NCBI GenBank assembly: GCA_951406725.2
Contig: OX597816.1
Span: 130,572,001 to 130,636,000, forward strand
DNA length: 64,000 nt
Direction: 5' to 3'
Source: Octopus vulgaris
Taxonomy: Eukaryota
The notes under the pieces were generated by a model. The model saw only the letters and a program-made list of their open reading frames with translations. It was not told where the DNA came from and ran no database searches. Numbering within the stretch: the first letter of the stretch is position 1; the number at the start of each line of letters is the position of its first letter. A program made the translations under genes and the position numbers. Below are positions 43,080 through 57,827 of the stretch, piece by piece.

Positions 43080-43865
43080 CTCATTTACTTGCTTCAGTCA
43101 TTTGACTGCGGCCATGCTGGAGCACCACCTTTAGTCGAGCAAATCGACCCCAAGACTTATTATTTGTAAGCCTAGTACTTATTCTATCGGTCTATTTTGC
43201 CGAACCGCTAAGTTACGGGGACGTAAACATTCCACCATCGGTTGTCAAGCGATGTTGGGGGGACAAGCACAGACACACAAACATATGCTCACACATACAT
43301 ATATATATATATATACAAATTAGTAAATAAATGGCACAACTAAGTACCGATAATTACTGGAAATAGCGAACGTAAAAATACGACGCTAATGTGTAGCTTC
43401 ACTTTGTATTGCATTACTGATATTTATATATATATATATATACACATATATACGACGGGCTCCTTTCAGTTTCTGTCTACCAAATCCACTCACAAGACTT
43501 TAGTCGAACCGGGGCTATAGTAGAAGACACTTGCCCAAGGTGCCACGCAGTGCGAAGGAACCCGGAACCATGTGGTTGGTAAGCGAGATATATATATATA
43601 TGTGTGTGTGTGTGTCGGGAACGTCAAATGAAGGTTGAGTAAAATAAAGTGTTAATCATGTTCTATGGAAGAAATATATATATGGTTCCAGGTTCAGTAC
43701 TACTGCATGACACCTTAAGCAATTGAATTCTATTATACCCCCGGGCCGACCAAAGACCTGTGAGTGGATTTTGTAGACGGAAACTGAAAGAAGCTAGTCG
43801 TACACACACACAAACACACACACACACACACATACACACACACACAGACACGCACGCACAGACAG

Positions 43866-43896
<31 letters not shown>

Positions 43897-44130
43897 GACA
43901 CACACACACACGCACAATGTGTGTTTATCATTGTGATTGTCTTCCATCACCGATTGACAACAAGCGTTGGTTTGCTTACGTCCCCGTAAATTAACAGCTC
44001 GGCGTGAAGAGACCAATAGAATAAATACAAGGTATAAAAATATAAGTACTAGGAACAATTTTTTCGACTAACCCCTTCAAGGCAGTGCCCCAGTATTGCC
44101 GTGGTCCAATGACTGGAACAAGTAAAAGAT
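43080..44130. mobile_element. Inverted pair of SINE B copies
   Basis: Minus copy 43080-43585 and plus copy 43680-44130. Confidence 0.85.
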
Positions 44131-44424
44131 AAAATGTTGTAGGCAAAGAATTCCAGAGTGGGTGACAATGTCATGAGAAGTATTTGGTAAAAATGCGGCC
44201 CTTGTAGATCCTAGACGAGAGTAGTTCAGACAATATGGGTAACGATAGAACAAATACACGTGTCTCGAATAGGCTCGGAGGAGTACGCAACCGGTTACAT
44301 ACGAGAAACAGAAGATATTAGAGTCACAATACATAAGAAAGGGTGATAGAAGATAGTACATCTGTACTCTATCCATGAATCTGTGACCTCGCGCTAAGGC
44401 AGAAACCAATATAATTATATATTG

Positions 44425-44615
44425 CCCGCGCCGGGCAAAATGCTGAGCTGTATTTCGTCCGTCTTTACATTTTGAGTTCAAATTCCGCCGAGGTCGATTT
44501 TACCTTTCATCCTTTCGGGATCGATAAAATAAGTACCAGTTGAGCACTGGGGTTGAAATAATCGACTTATTTCCTCCCCTGAAATTGCTAGCCTTGTGCC
44601 AAAATTTGAAACCAA
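44425..44615 (+). mobile_element. SINE A copy
   Basis: Match to family A consensus. Confidence 0.85.
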
Positions 44616-46066
44616 TATAAATTATACATGCTTAAGAGAGTCGTTAGATTGTCGAACAAAATAGCATATTTTAAGTTCTCAGTTCAAATACTGTCTTTCA
44701 TTTTAATATTTTGTGGTTTGTGGCAGGATATCAACGTTAGAAATGAATATAATTATAATTTCTGTTGTTTAAACACAAAGCCCATTGATTATTATTTTTT
44801 GGCGGGGGATGAGTATATTACTGGTATCCGTTAAATTGACCTTCGGAAAGAGGATGAGAGGCAAAGTCGACCAGAGCTCAGAATAAATAGAAGGATGAAA
44901 CTAAATACTGTCAGGCTTTTTAGTCTGTTCAGTCTACAGTTTCTGGCAACTCGTCTCCTTTACTAAAAATATAGGCGCGCGCGCACACTCACACATACGC
45001 ATACACTCATGCATGTATACATATATAATACGCGCGCGTGTGTAAGTGTGTATTTGTATATGTATTGAGATATTTTTATCAGCCTATGTATGTTTTTAAA
45101 GTGAAAGATAGACGAAGATAATCATAACAATAAACAAACAATACAAGAACATTGTACTCCGTTGTGTCAGACGTATCAAATGCTTCAAAACATTGATATT
45201 TCTCGCGTAATCTGCGACAATGTCTATTTATTTTAACAAGACATTCTCAGACGTCTTTTTTTCTTTCCCAGCTACTAAATTCTCTGATATTATACGCTAC
45301 ACAATTGCAATATAACTGAAACAGTTTTCAGTCTAAGAAGACAAATGGTACGTAAATTCTTTACAGAAATTTCTTACATTTCCTTCTCATTGTATCATAA
45401 TATCTTGCTACACAGAATAAGAGAAAGTTCTAAGCTCTTAGCTGGCGTGATGCCCCGCCTATACTATGCAGAAGATATAAACAGATGCTTGGTCATCACA
45501 GAGGCAAATGGCTACACACTTGTATTTATAATGTATGTCTGCAGGACCGGTTGATGATCAATTAACGACCTAAGCACTGCTCCAAATTGCTTTTTCCATG
45601 ACCCTTTTGTTGTCTAACTGACGTCAAACTAGGTTAGTGGTTAGAGCGTCGTGTGGTATTTGTACCTACTCTCGGTGTTCTGAGTTCAGATCCTACCGTA
45701 GTCATTGCGTTTTTTTCTTTACGGGTTAATAAAATTAGTACCAATCCACCTTGTACTACGGCCTACTTGGGTAGTAGACTTAACTCGACGCCCAGCTTAA
45801 AACCTCTCCCTGGCATTTTGGGTGCCTTTGGTCGAATCCACCTTCTTACAAGACTTTAGATCAGGTCACCAGTTTGAGGTTACCTTCCTCCCTCCTGCCC
45901 ACTTAAGTCTTGGAGACCCGGTAAAGGGTGATGGGCTTCACCTTTCCTTCTGACTAAAAAGATAGAAGCAAATTTCAAAATATAAGTACTGAAGGTGAAA
46001 TAACATAAAAATTCGGGGTTCTTCCTAACCTTACGACTTAAATGAGACGTTTTTAGTTATTAATAA

Positions 46067-47625
46067 CATGGTTTACAAAAATTGCTTTTTTGCTCTGAGG
46101 CAAGGATGTGAATAGGTGGTTTTTACTAATTTTGATGTGGTGAATTCAGTTTTCTGAACAGTTTTACTCTATCACCTCTGGTGTTTTTGCTTTCACATAT
46201 CCCATTTTAATTATACTGCATATAAATTCAAAATAGAATGTGTTTATTTCATCTGTTACAAAGGTAGTTTACAGAAAAAAAAAACAGATACAGAACATTG
46301 ATGGAACTAAATTACTTGGATAACACAATATGCACAAATCATAGTCTAACAGACAGTTAGAAGTGAGTTTTTTGGACGATCTTATGTACTTTGCCTGCGG
46401 GATGTCACGCATGAGCATCCAGCAAAAGTCACCCATCATGCTGGCGTTCCACTTGCCTTGGTAGTTGCTCTCCATCTTAGTAATATCTTGGTAGTAGTAA
46501 GATCTTGGTGGATCCTTTCTCCATGCTCATCACTCACTGCTCCAAGGTTCGGAGGGAAGAAGTTGAGGTGGGAGTGGAGAAAGTGAATTTTAAGTGACAT
46601 TGGGCATCCAATATTCTCACAAGACTGTAACAACTTCTCTATACACTTTTGGTAATCTAGTACCCTTGTGTTATCAAGAAAGCCATGGCAGACTGACTTA
46701 AATACTTCGCATGCCCTCCGTTCCTTTAAGGTAAGAAGCTCTTCAAAGTCCTTATCCTTCAGCACCTTTCGGATCTGAGATCCGATGAAGGTGCCCTCCT
46801 TGAGCTTAGAAGAACACAGAGCTGGGAACAAAGTGCACACGTGTTGGAAGGAAGCACCATTTTTGTCGATGGCTTTCACGAAATTCTTCATTAAACCAAG
46901 CTTGATATGAAGAGGAGGAAGAAATATTTTGTCCACCAGAGGATTTTCCTGGACACTGTTTTCAAGGCATGAAAGTACTCCTAGATCCTCAGTCCTTCTG
47001 CTTGTAGAGCTTGGACACAGCCTGACTGTCCAAGAGAAAGAGAAAGCAACAGTACTTTGTGAAGCCCACTTGCATACCATTAAGGAGACCATGACCTTGA
47101 GGTCCCCGCAGAGACTCCATTGGTACTGGTTGTACTTGACAGCTTCCAAAAGGAATTCCATATTGCCATACGACTCCTTCAGAAGGACTGAGTGGGCAAT
47201 GGGAATGCTGGGGTATATATTCCCATTGTGCCGGAGCAAAGCCTTGAGATTTCACTTGGAAGAGTCTATGAAAAGACGCCAGTCTGAGGGATTGTGTGGG
47301 AAACCAAGGAAGATGAATGAGCCAGGGACATTTGTGCAGTAGTACAACCTGTTTTCCATGCCGAAGAATGAAGCAAAGTTATGGTTCTGTGTCCGGAAAC
47401 TGGTGATCCTTACATCTGCCTTGACCAGGTTCCACTGCTTAAGCCGGTATGCCAAAGGTCATTCAAGTCTTCCTGCATGATCCAGTTGGGCTCATTGCCA
47501 CTTGCTACTGAATAAACAGAGACTTTATCTTCAGAAGAGATCGACTTGGCAGAATCTTCCCCGAAGGCATTTCTTCATCTGATGAAGGAAGAAGAGCCTT
47601 ATTTGTTGGGGGTGTAGGGACACAG
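46067..47625 (-). mobile_element. Chapaev3-like (CMC group) DNA transposon, 5'-truncated, frameshifted transposase
   Basis: Motifs across ORFs 47455-46269: WRLFIDSSK, HNGNIYPSIPIAHS, LCGDLKV, GFTKYCCFL, PPLHIKLGLMKNFVKA, MSLKIHFLHSHLNFFP, SDEHGERIHQD, YQGKWNASMMGDFCW. Family assignment is from recalled motifs. Confidence 0.78.
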
Positions 47626-47804
47626 AAATAATTAATTGACTGACATGCTCAAGACACCACACGCTGTTTGGCCTGGGAATCGACCCTATGATCTTACAAT
47701 ATATTCACACACATTTATATACTTATATATATATATATGTTTAAACATTTATATTTTATATTTATTTATGCACATACATACATTCATAATGCATACAAAC
47801 ATAC

Positions 47805-47848
<44 letters not shown>

Positions 47849-48578
47849 GTATGTATGTATGTATGTATTATGAATGTATGTGCATAAATAAATGTAATAT
47901 ATATATATATATATATATAAATTCATGTTTATATACATACATGTGCATTTATATATATATTTAAATAATTTTTTGACATTTTTAATTTATTTATGCACAT
48001 ACACACATACATTATATTATATATATAGATTTATAAATGCTAATACTCACAGGCACACACACACTATATTGAGTGTGTATGAATAGACACACGTACGGAC
48101 GTACACTGCTGATAAGAACGCATTAAGACTTGAAAGACTAACGATGATTTAAACTGTCTCAAAAAGAGACTAAATGTCACTTAAAATTATCGAAACGTGT
48201 GATCTGTACTCTGGAGATTAACAATAAATTTATTGGCTGTGTTATAATCCACAATAAACATGGGGTGTGCAAATGATAAGAGTGTACTGGGACTGCGGAT
48301 TAAATCAACGTTTATAGTAGATTGATTTAGCTCGACGGCTTTCTTGTGCCATCGCTAATTTCGTTTCCTCGTAGAGACGAATTATATTAGAAAGAGATAC
48401 AGTGATGCAATCGAGTCATATGCGTTCTTGTGCTTTCGTCGATGTCCTTTGTGGTCGTCAAAATTCCAAGCCGTGATCCCTTGAGAATTGACCGCGTCAC
48501 GTGCTTACAGCTGTGCTCCGGATATGTTCAAACACTTTAGCTCGATACTACGTCTCACGAAATGGCAACTGTATATGT

Positions 48579-48617
<39 letters not shown>

Positions 48618-48795
48618 TGTGTGTATGTGAATATGTGTATGTTTGTGTGAGCATGTGTGTGTGTGTGTTTGTGTTTGCGTGTGTGTGTGTATCTACTGCA
48701 AAGATAATTGTGTACAACATCACATAATCTTAATGCTGAAACGTGGATGATGGTTCAAAGTTGAAATTCGAAATTTTACTGAATATGAGAGAGGA

Positions 48796-48882
<87 letters not shown>

Positions 48883-49272
48883 AGAGCAGATGAAGTTGAC
48901 TGTTTACAGCAATGAAGGCTTCTAATTAAGATAAATTTATTTTCTTAGCATATGTTATCCTAATGACTCAGCAAAATATATTCGGGTATCTGTGAAATAG
49001 AATCTTTGCTTTCTATATTCAGAACAAGATAGCCAAATCGAAGGATTCCTAATGCAAGACTTATCGAAAAGTTTTGACAAAGTCAAGCAAGCCTAAAAGC
49101 CACTCATCAGTTATACAAGAATACTCTTTAGGGTGCTTAGTTATTCCTTCGAGCCTATAATACCTCACGTGATCCAATTGGCTGGGTTGAGCTCTGGACA
49201 CAGTGTGGTATTAGTGATGAAACATTAAATCTGGATGTAATAGTAATATGTACGTCATAAGAGTTATCAATG

Positions 49273-49535
49273 CTAGTGAGTATAAAAATGTCTATCGGTC
49301 GCTGATGAGGCAACATTAAGACCGAAACATGTTTTAGACAAATACAATATTAATTTTTATCAATTTTTGCTATATATGTGCATTTCCTTGTGCACGCGTC
49401 AACCTAAAATGTGCTCACACACACACAAAGTAGGGTGAGAGAAAACGAGCGAGAAAAAAGTGAAGTGGAAAAGGAGACACTGCACACAACCACCACCACC
49501 ACCACCACCACCACTACCGCCGCAGCTGCTGCTGT

Positions 49536-49603
<68 letters not shown>

Positions 49604-50092
49604 GTGCAGATATGGATATAGAATCCATAATATTCTTTAAACTGCTGTGGTAACAGCAGCAGCAAAATCTAGGAAGGATTAAAAACATATAAAAGCTAAC
49701 TTGAAACAATTATGTTATAACCCCCACCCCGCAAAAAAAAAACAAACTTTGTCAGTGAAAATCAATGTTACTTTGATTATTGTGGCAAGACTTGTAGTAC
49801 ACCTGTTTCGGTCTTAATATTACCTCATCAGTTAAGGCGGCAAGCTGGCAGAATCGTTAGCGCGCCGGGTAAAATGTTTAGCGGCATTTCGCCCATCTTT
49901 ACGTTCTGAGTTCAAATGCTACCGAAGTGGAGTTTGTATTTCATCTTTTAGAGGTCGATAAAATAAGTACTAGTTGAGCTCTGGGGTCGATGTAATCAAT
50001 TTGTCCCCTCCCACGAAATTGCTGGCCTTGTACCAAAATTTGAGACCAATATTACCTCACCAGCGAATCTTAGACATTATTGTACTCACTAG
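49273..50092. mobile_element. Inverted pair of hammerhead-bearing (probably PLE-derived) arms, right arm split by a SINE
   Basis: 49273-49332 (+) ctagtgagtataaaaatgtcta...gCTGATGAggcaacattaagaccGAAAC matches the minus strand of 49803-49831 plus 50064-50092. A SINE lies at 49832-50047 between 16-nt duplications aatattacctca(t/c)cag. Confidence 0.7.
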
Positions 50093-50203
50093 TGTGCAGA
50101 CCCAAGCCACGCATCCTTGTAATGAATTTAAAACTATTCCATAAAATATCACAAAACTCACAGAATGCGGAAGACTGTTTAAACCAACCACTTATAATAT
50201 AAG

Positions 50204-50885
50204 TTTCAAATTTTGGCACAAGGCCAGCAATTTTGTCGAGGTTTAAGTCGAATACGTCAACCCCAGTGCTCAACTGGATCTTGCTTTATGTTCTTCGAAA
50301 GAATGGCCTCGGCGAAATTTAAACTCGGACCGTAAAGACGGATGAAATATCGATAAGCATTTTGCCCATCGCCGCCTTCTACCATTTATGATAAATATTA
50401 CAAAATTTTGGCACAAGGCCAGTAATTTCGGGGGTGGTATGGGGTAGGCGATTACATTGACCCCAGTACTCGACTGGTACTTATTTGAACGGCTTTGGAA
50501 TAATGAAAGAGTAAGTCAACCACGCCGGAATTTGAACTGAGAAAGTAAAAGCGAACGAACTACCAATAAGCATTTTGCCCATCGTATAACGATTCTGCTA
50601 GCTTGCCGCCTTTCTACAACTTACTTAGAAATATGCTTTCCTGTAACTCGGTATTTCATATTTTATTAATAGTGACACGAAGCTAGTTGGACTAACAGAA
50701 TCGTTAGAGCGTCGTATGAAAGGTTTTGCTGTATCGCCTCCGGCTCTTTACTTTCTGGTCTTAAATCCCACCGAGGTCAATTTGCCTTTTATTCCCCTGG
50801 AGCCCATAAAATATAATACCAGTTAAATAGAGGGGTGGATGTAGTCGACTAACACTCTGCCTTCAAACTGTTGGTCTTGTGCCTA
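50204..50885. mobile_element. SINE A cluster
   Basis: Two minus copies (50204-50610) and one degraded plus copy (~50685-50885). Confidence 0.75.
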
Positions 50886-51437
50886 AATAGTTGCATAACC
50901 CTTGATAAAGACTCCCTCTCGTCGGCAACCACTAACTTAGAGATGAAAAAAAAATTAAGTAATTGTATAATTTTATACCCTTGTTTGCGCGTATATATAT
51001 ATATATATATATAAACTTACTGTTAACAAAAGCCAGGATGTGTGGCGTTCAGTTACTCAATAAATGAAAAATACATTAAATACTACAAAACGTACATATA
51101 TATATATCAAGGGTTGAATAGAAAGACTACAACAAAGGGAAAAATTTGACGAAAACATAACAAGCGGAAAATTAACAAAAGCGTAACAATGGAAAATTAG
51201 ACGAAAATAAAATACACAGAAAATTTGCAGCTGATTTCTAATCAGTCAATCTCCAAAACATCCTAATGGTTTCGCGCTTGTATATATATTAGAAAAAAAT
51301 TACGAAGAGAAATTGCAAAGTGACGCCTTCTGCATAATATGTATATATATCTATATATATATAAGCAAGTTAGTGCTAACTCATTTAATCCAATGAGCAT
51401 TAAAAAGTTAATTAATATAACTATGACTACATACTTA

Positions 51438-51653
51438 CGAAGGAGTGCTGAAAAATTCTTGGCTTTGGGTAAAAGAAAATACAGGAGGATCATTTTATTA
51501 TGATTTTATTCAACATATTCCCCTCTTAGATTCGTACACTTAGTGAAGCAGTCCTTCAGTTTTTCTAAACTCTGTAAAAGAACTCGGAAGGCTGGGCCTC
51601 CAACCAGGCCTTTCACAATACCCTTAAAGCAAGGAACCTTTCAGCACCCCTCG
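51438..51653. mobile_element. Mariner-type MITE
   Basis: TA-flanked; TIRs cgaaggagtgctgaaaaattcttggcttt and aaagcaaggaacctttcagcacccctcg. Confidence 0.8.
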
Positions 51654-51966
51654 TATTTCTAATTAACTTTTTCACACCCTTTCCTTTCTTCCTCTTGTTT
51701 TTGTGATCTTCATACTCGCAAAAAAAAAAAAAGAAAAAAGAAAAGGGTAAAAAACTCACTAAAATTTTGTTTCTGCCAATTTGCTAATACAGAGCCAACA
51801 TGGAGTGTATCTTCAGCTCTAAAGGCCATTATCTAGTGAAAATGACTGCAGTGTTCTGACCTGGCCTGTTAACTGTCATAACTAGTTTGACAATATGAAA
51901 ATATAATTACTCTATTACTTATATTGAGCGTGCTTTCCTTCCTGACTTATAGAAAAAACAACTGGT

Positions 51967-52012
<46 letters not shown>

Positions 52013-52013
<1 letters not shown>

Positions 52014-52175
52014 GACGGGCTTCTTTCAGTTTCCGTCTACCAAACCCACTCACATAGTTTTGGTCGGCCCGAAGCTATAGTAGAAGACACTTGGCCAAGG
52101 TGCCACGCAGTGGGACTGAACCCGGAACCATGTGGTTCGTAAGCAAGCCACTTACTATACAGCTACTCCTACGCC
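52013..52175 (-). mobile_element. SINE B head
   Basis: gacacttggccaaggtgccacgcagtgggactgaacccggaaccatgtggtt. Confidence 0.8.
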
Positions 52176-52216
52176 TATAGCATATTTATATATTTATATA
52201 TATTTATATTTGTATG

Positions 52217-52300
<84 letters not shown>

Positions 52301-52419
52301 CACACATATATATATACACATATATATGATCAATGAGTTGAAGAAAATACGTTACACATTTGAGTTCTTTATTCTAAGTGGCTTGACTTTGTTCCTCTTA
52401 ACAGGTAAAGTCAGTGCTT

Positions 52420-52451
<32 letters not shown>

Positions 52452-52473
52452 TGTATGTATGTATGTATGTATG

Positions 52474-52504
<31 letters not shown>

Positions 52505-53108
52505 GTACGTATGTGTGTTTGTGCTTCCATTTTAGAATATATGCACATGCGCATGTATGAGATAGTGTGTGTGTGTGTGTGTGTCTGTGTGTTTGTATTT
52601 ATATCTCGTCCTGTTCGGTGATTCTTTTTTGTTTCTGTACAAGTATAAAGCAAAACGCACAACAAGACAACAAGATCAGGCAGATTAATTAGACGTGAAA
52701 AGGGTATATGTCTGATGAATGAACGTCGCGAGGGAGCAAGACATTCCGTCTGAGCGGTGGGGGCTGTGATTTATACCACCTTAGTCTGTTATTTCGCGTA
52801 AAATGTAGTTCTTGCTTTCCACAATTCTCTAACAAACACCCGTCTGCCCCTCTCCCTACCCAGACACACTCATCTCATGCTTCTTTTTACCTCCACCCGA
52901 ACACCAAGCATGCTACAACCTGGTTCTCAGGTTGGAGTATGGGAGGAGATTTTTAGATACAAGCATCTATCAAGAAGGTTTCTTGTTTACCAGACAAACT
53001 GCTAACTTACAAAGCTAGGATGCCGACAGAATGCAGTGTGGTTTGAGTGTATTCGTGTGTGTATATATATTATATGCATATATCTATATATATCTATCTA
53101 TATATATA

Positions 53109-53165
<57 letters not shown>

Positions 53166-53289
53166 ATGTATACACACGCACACACACATATATACAAACA
53201 CGTATATGCACACACATGTGTGTGAATATATATATATATATATACATACACATAAATGTAAGCATATACATGACTAAATTTATACATGC

Positions 53290-53330
<41 letters not shown>

Positions 53331-53580
53331 AAAACGAAATATTCAGAGCTCGTAAAGCAAGCATAACACAACCTACACCAACAGTTTAATGGCAGATATG
53401 AAGAGATCGGATGAAGCAGCGTGAAAGCTGTGAGTTCGTGAATAAGTACTACGTGATATAATGTTAACGAAGTCCGTACAATACTTTAACTGTAACATTC
53501 AAGGAGTTATTGAGTATGCAAACAGTGTTGTGTAGATTATATATGCATTCCCGTCAGTCTTCTACTGAATTACAGTTAAG

Positions 53581-53790
53581 CTCACCGTCATCAATTCATC
53601 GTGAAGAATGTTCACCGTGAGGAAATTTCACTGAGAGGAAAGTCTACCGAGAAAATATACCCATTGAATTTCACCATGAATAGTCAAAAAATATCTTAAT
53701 AAAAAACAACAACAACAATAAAAACGGTGAATTGATGACGGTGAACTTTCCCTGCGATGAACCGATGACGATGACAGTGAACTTTCCGGA
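53581..53790. repeat. MITE-like element with inverted tcaccg-type subrepeats
   Basis: tcaccgtcatcaattcatcgt (53582) vs acggtgaattgatgacggtga (53724); several tcaccgtg/cggtgaa repeats. Confidence 0.55.
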
Positions 53791-53989
53791 CATGCTTCTT
53801 TCTACTTACGCAAACATCGCTGCATTTACATTCATGCACATGAGTTGGAAGAACAAAGAACAGAAATAAGCAAAATATATTCGTAAGGAAATGTTTCAAG
53901 GAGAGATTATTTCGTTCTAAAACTTCTGCTTCAACACACAAATCACTCTTGGATGCGAAATAGCAGCTTCATATAAAAAAAATTAGTGT

Positions 53990-54215
53990 TTCTGTGTTCA
54001 GAGAACGACGTCTCAGCGTAACAGGTTATTGCAGGTGGCACCAGGAAGAAGAAACACCATAATTTGCGCTTGAGACCTACAACATGGTAACGGAAGGCGT
54101 GGGAGACGTGTCTGACATGTATCAACAACCTGAAGGAGGACACAGGATTGGATTCTATCCACAAACTGAAGGTGGCAATGATTAATCGAGATGCTTGGCA
54201 AAATGGCTTATTCTA
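53990..54215 (+). mobile_element. RTE-like LINE 3' fragment
   Basis: Frameshifted RERRLSVTGYCRWHQEE / HGNGRRGRR / LTCINNLKEDTGLDSIHKLKVAMINRDAWQ, typical of an RTE-clade ORF C-terminus. Confidence 0.65.
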
Positions 54216-54360
54216 ATTAATCAGTCACTTTTGTTTGTATAGCTATCTGTTTACATTAAGTATAGATCAACAATTATTATAATTATAATTATTATTATTA
54301 TTATTATGTTTTTTCCTTCTTTCTTCAAATTTTCTTCCGTTTCTCGCCGAGTGTTTTCCA

Positions 54361-54447
<87 letters not shown>

Positions 54448-54629
54448 CATTCAGGTTACTGCCTGGAATCGAACTGAATAATACGACAGTAATTTGAGAG
54501 ATTCTGTAGTGGGGATGAGAGCCTTGAAGATCAAGAAGGTATAGGACATCTACCCATCCTTGATGATCAGCATTCGAAAACAACAGTCAAACAAAACCCA
54601 CGACAAAGTGTCAGAGAAATGTTTCATAT

Positions 54630-55092
54630 ACTTGTCTGTAAACAACTGGAAAAAATGGATGTTCATTTGAGCAAGATAAGTACTGCACTTGTTAATCGAC
54701 GTGGTTCAAATCTGCTCCACAACAACGCTCCACCGCACGTTTCCAGGATAACACTGCAGAAGCTCACAGGCTTGGGATACGAGACTTTACTACGTCCTCC
54801 ATATTCTCCTGATCTTTCACCTACCGACAACCACTTTTTCAAGCACCTAGACATTTTTTAAAGCAAAAAACATTCCGTTCCAAAACCGTGGTCGAAACTG
54901 AATTCAAGGTTTTCTTGGCATCAAAACCTTTCGATTTTTATCGAAGAGGCATTAATAACTTTGTTAATCGATGGGAAAAATGCATAGCTGTTCAGGGATC
55001 ATATTGTGAATAATTAAATCTTTGTATAAGTTCAGTTTTTTAAGAATATAGGCTTATTTTTAAAATCAATCATTATTTTCCGAACAACCTAA
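54630..55092 (+). mobile_element. Mariner transposase C-terminal fragment with right TIR
   Basis: LLHNNAPPH and PPYSPDLSPTDNHFF motifs, then ...FYRRGINNFVNRWEKCIAVQGSY; terminus ttattttccgaacaacctaa-TA. Confidence 0.88.
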
Positions 55093-55559
55093 TATCTTAG
55101 CAACCCCGAAAAAATGAAAGGCAAAGTCGACCTCGGCGGAATTCGACCTCAGAAGTAAAGACGGGCGAAAGAGCATTTTATAACATGAAAATTATCAAGT
55201 TGAGGAGAGCCAAATCATTGAAGTCTGTTTTCAAGAGATTACCAATTTACCAATTTTAAGGATACAATTCGTTTTCAAGGATCTAATAGCAAAACCAAGA
55301 TTTTTTCAGTTCATAAAAGTATCTAAAAGATTTAATAACAAAAAATGTAAATATTATTGTTTTTTTGCTTCATTTTATTAAACTTTATTAATAGGGTATC
55401 CAATGTATTTTTTTAGTCTGTCATAGCTTCTTACATATACCGAGACAAGCACATACACGCACACGTACACGTACACCTCAACACCACTTCAGAATGAAAC
55501 ATTGGCGTGTGATGTTGTTCTTTGAACTAGGCAGGGTTAATGAGATTTAGGTAGACATT

Positions 55560-56890
55560 ACCAGCAGAACTTGGATTTTGACTGTTAGACTTATACAACA
55601 TCGATTAGATGTTTGCTTCTACTTGTAACTAGTTTGTTGTTTTTGAATTTATTTTTGCATTGAGCGGTGCCGAGAAGATTTGGTGCAATTAGTAATCGTG
55701 TATTCTTCTGTGGAATTCTGTCTAGTATAAAAGTGTTGCCCACTTATGCTTTCTCGTCTAGTTTTGTTTTGTGTTGCGTGGTGTAAAACATTGCAATTGT
55801 TTCTTGTTGTAAATACATGGTGAGCCGACAGAAGAGTGTCGTACTTGTTTGGCCAACATAAATGATTTATAACTTTCCAGTTAACAATGAAATTTATAAA
55901 TCACTTTTGTCACTAGTAGTGTATTCTCTGATTTACACACTTGCTGTTTATTACTGGAAAGGTTTAGGTTTTTTAATAATGTGTTTATATATTCAATAGT
56001 TAACTTTTATTTGATTCATATAATACGGCATATGTTCATTTTTATAAATACAGTGTCTACAGTATTTGTTGCGCTTTATTATGGAGATGTTTTCTCAGTA
56101 TCTTCCGGTGGCTCCATCACTCAGGTTAGGTCCTGGTACCATTTCAATAATATAGTCACCAAGAGCATCTCAAATGCGGATCCTAACAAAGAACCCATAA
56201 TTACGCCATCTTTTATGCATGTATATTTTTGTCTTGTGGACAGCGAAAGGTTAATTGTTTTATAAAAGTGTACAAGTAATATAAGTACATTAGCTGGTAT
56301 CATCGCTGTTTTTTTTTTCTTGGATGTTTGTATACATTATTTAATACTGTCTATTATTATTTCTGCTACTGGAATGTTGGTAAACAGACTTTCTACCAAC
56401 CTTCTATGCCGGAGATGGATGTGTTGCCAACTTCGTTGGTGTTTTTCGCAAAGATTTCTAGTAACTCTTCAAATGTCCGTATAATGTATCTTTCGGGATT
56501 GTATTGGTTGATAATGTTGTGCAATCATTTAACACTCTTGTGTGTTATATTTGTGTGAGCTCAGCAGGAGTCATTTTAGTTGTGTATTGTTACTGCTCTG
56601 GAGATATATACAACACTGTACCCTCCTTCAATGTGGGAGAAATAAGAAGCTGCTGTTTATGCTTATCTATACAATTAGTTTTTTAAAGTTTGACTTTTAA
56701 TTGGGTGGTGTTTTTTGGTGAATTCTTATAAATTTGTGTTTTTGACGTTGAAGAAAATATTAGTTTTTGCAGTACACTTACCCATCATTATAAATATAAT
56801 ATTTTCACCACGATTATATATTGTTTTGCTGTCGTTACTTTTAAAATTATGTAACGCCTGTTTAAGATTTAAATTGAGAATTTGTTTTAT
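55560..56890 (-). mobile_element. Decayed Penelope-like retroelement reverse transcriptase
   Basis: Minus-strand peptides VESLFTNIPVAEIIDSI (~56345-56396) and KDGVIMGSLLGSAF (~56170-56215) match PLE RT motifs (SLDVxSLFTNVP; GxxMGSPL). Many stops and frameshifts; boundaries approximate. Confidence 0.75.
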
Positions 56891-56899
56891 TGTCATGTG

Positions 56900-56983
<84 letters not shown>

Positions 56984-56993
56984 GCCTGCCTGC

Positions 56994-57053
<60 letters not shown>

Positions 57054-57616
57054 AATCATTCATCTCGGAGTAAGATATGGAGTCTATCGTTTATGTCTAT
57101 AATGTTATATCTGAAACTTTCTAGGGCTTCGCAGAGTAGTTTGATTCCAACTTTTCCTTTCCTATATCACTCCCACTGTAACGAAGAGCAACTCACGTGT
57201 ACCTGCCTTCATCCTGATGATGAAGTGATGTTGGTCTAGAAATGGTAATGATAGATTATAGGACATATACGTTTCCACACACACTACAAAGAACTTATAA
57301 CCAAAACACACACACACACAAAAAGCTCGATAAAGAAGGTAAACCTTGAACACAGTTGTGTATTAAATGTAACACAAAAATGTAAAGTAAAGTTATTATT
57401 GTTTAGCCTTGAGGCTAAACAATAACAGGACTGCATTATACGATGTGTTCCACCTTTCTTGAAGACAACAGGATTTGATTTGAGGGGGAATTTGCGGCTC
57501 TTCATAGCATATTGAGCGACTATATAGAAACTCTCTCTTTGGCATGCCCAAAGGAAAGTTATTTCTATCTGTAACAAACTATTATTATCAAATCTATTTC
57601 GCGAATCCCTCGTAAA

Positions 57617-57671
<55 letters not shown>

Positions 57672-57739
57672 CTGCTTACGTCTCTCTATATTTACACTCA
57701 TATCCATAACTATCTCTGCTGTATGTATATGTATGTATA

Positions 57740-57827
<88 letters not shown>

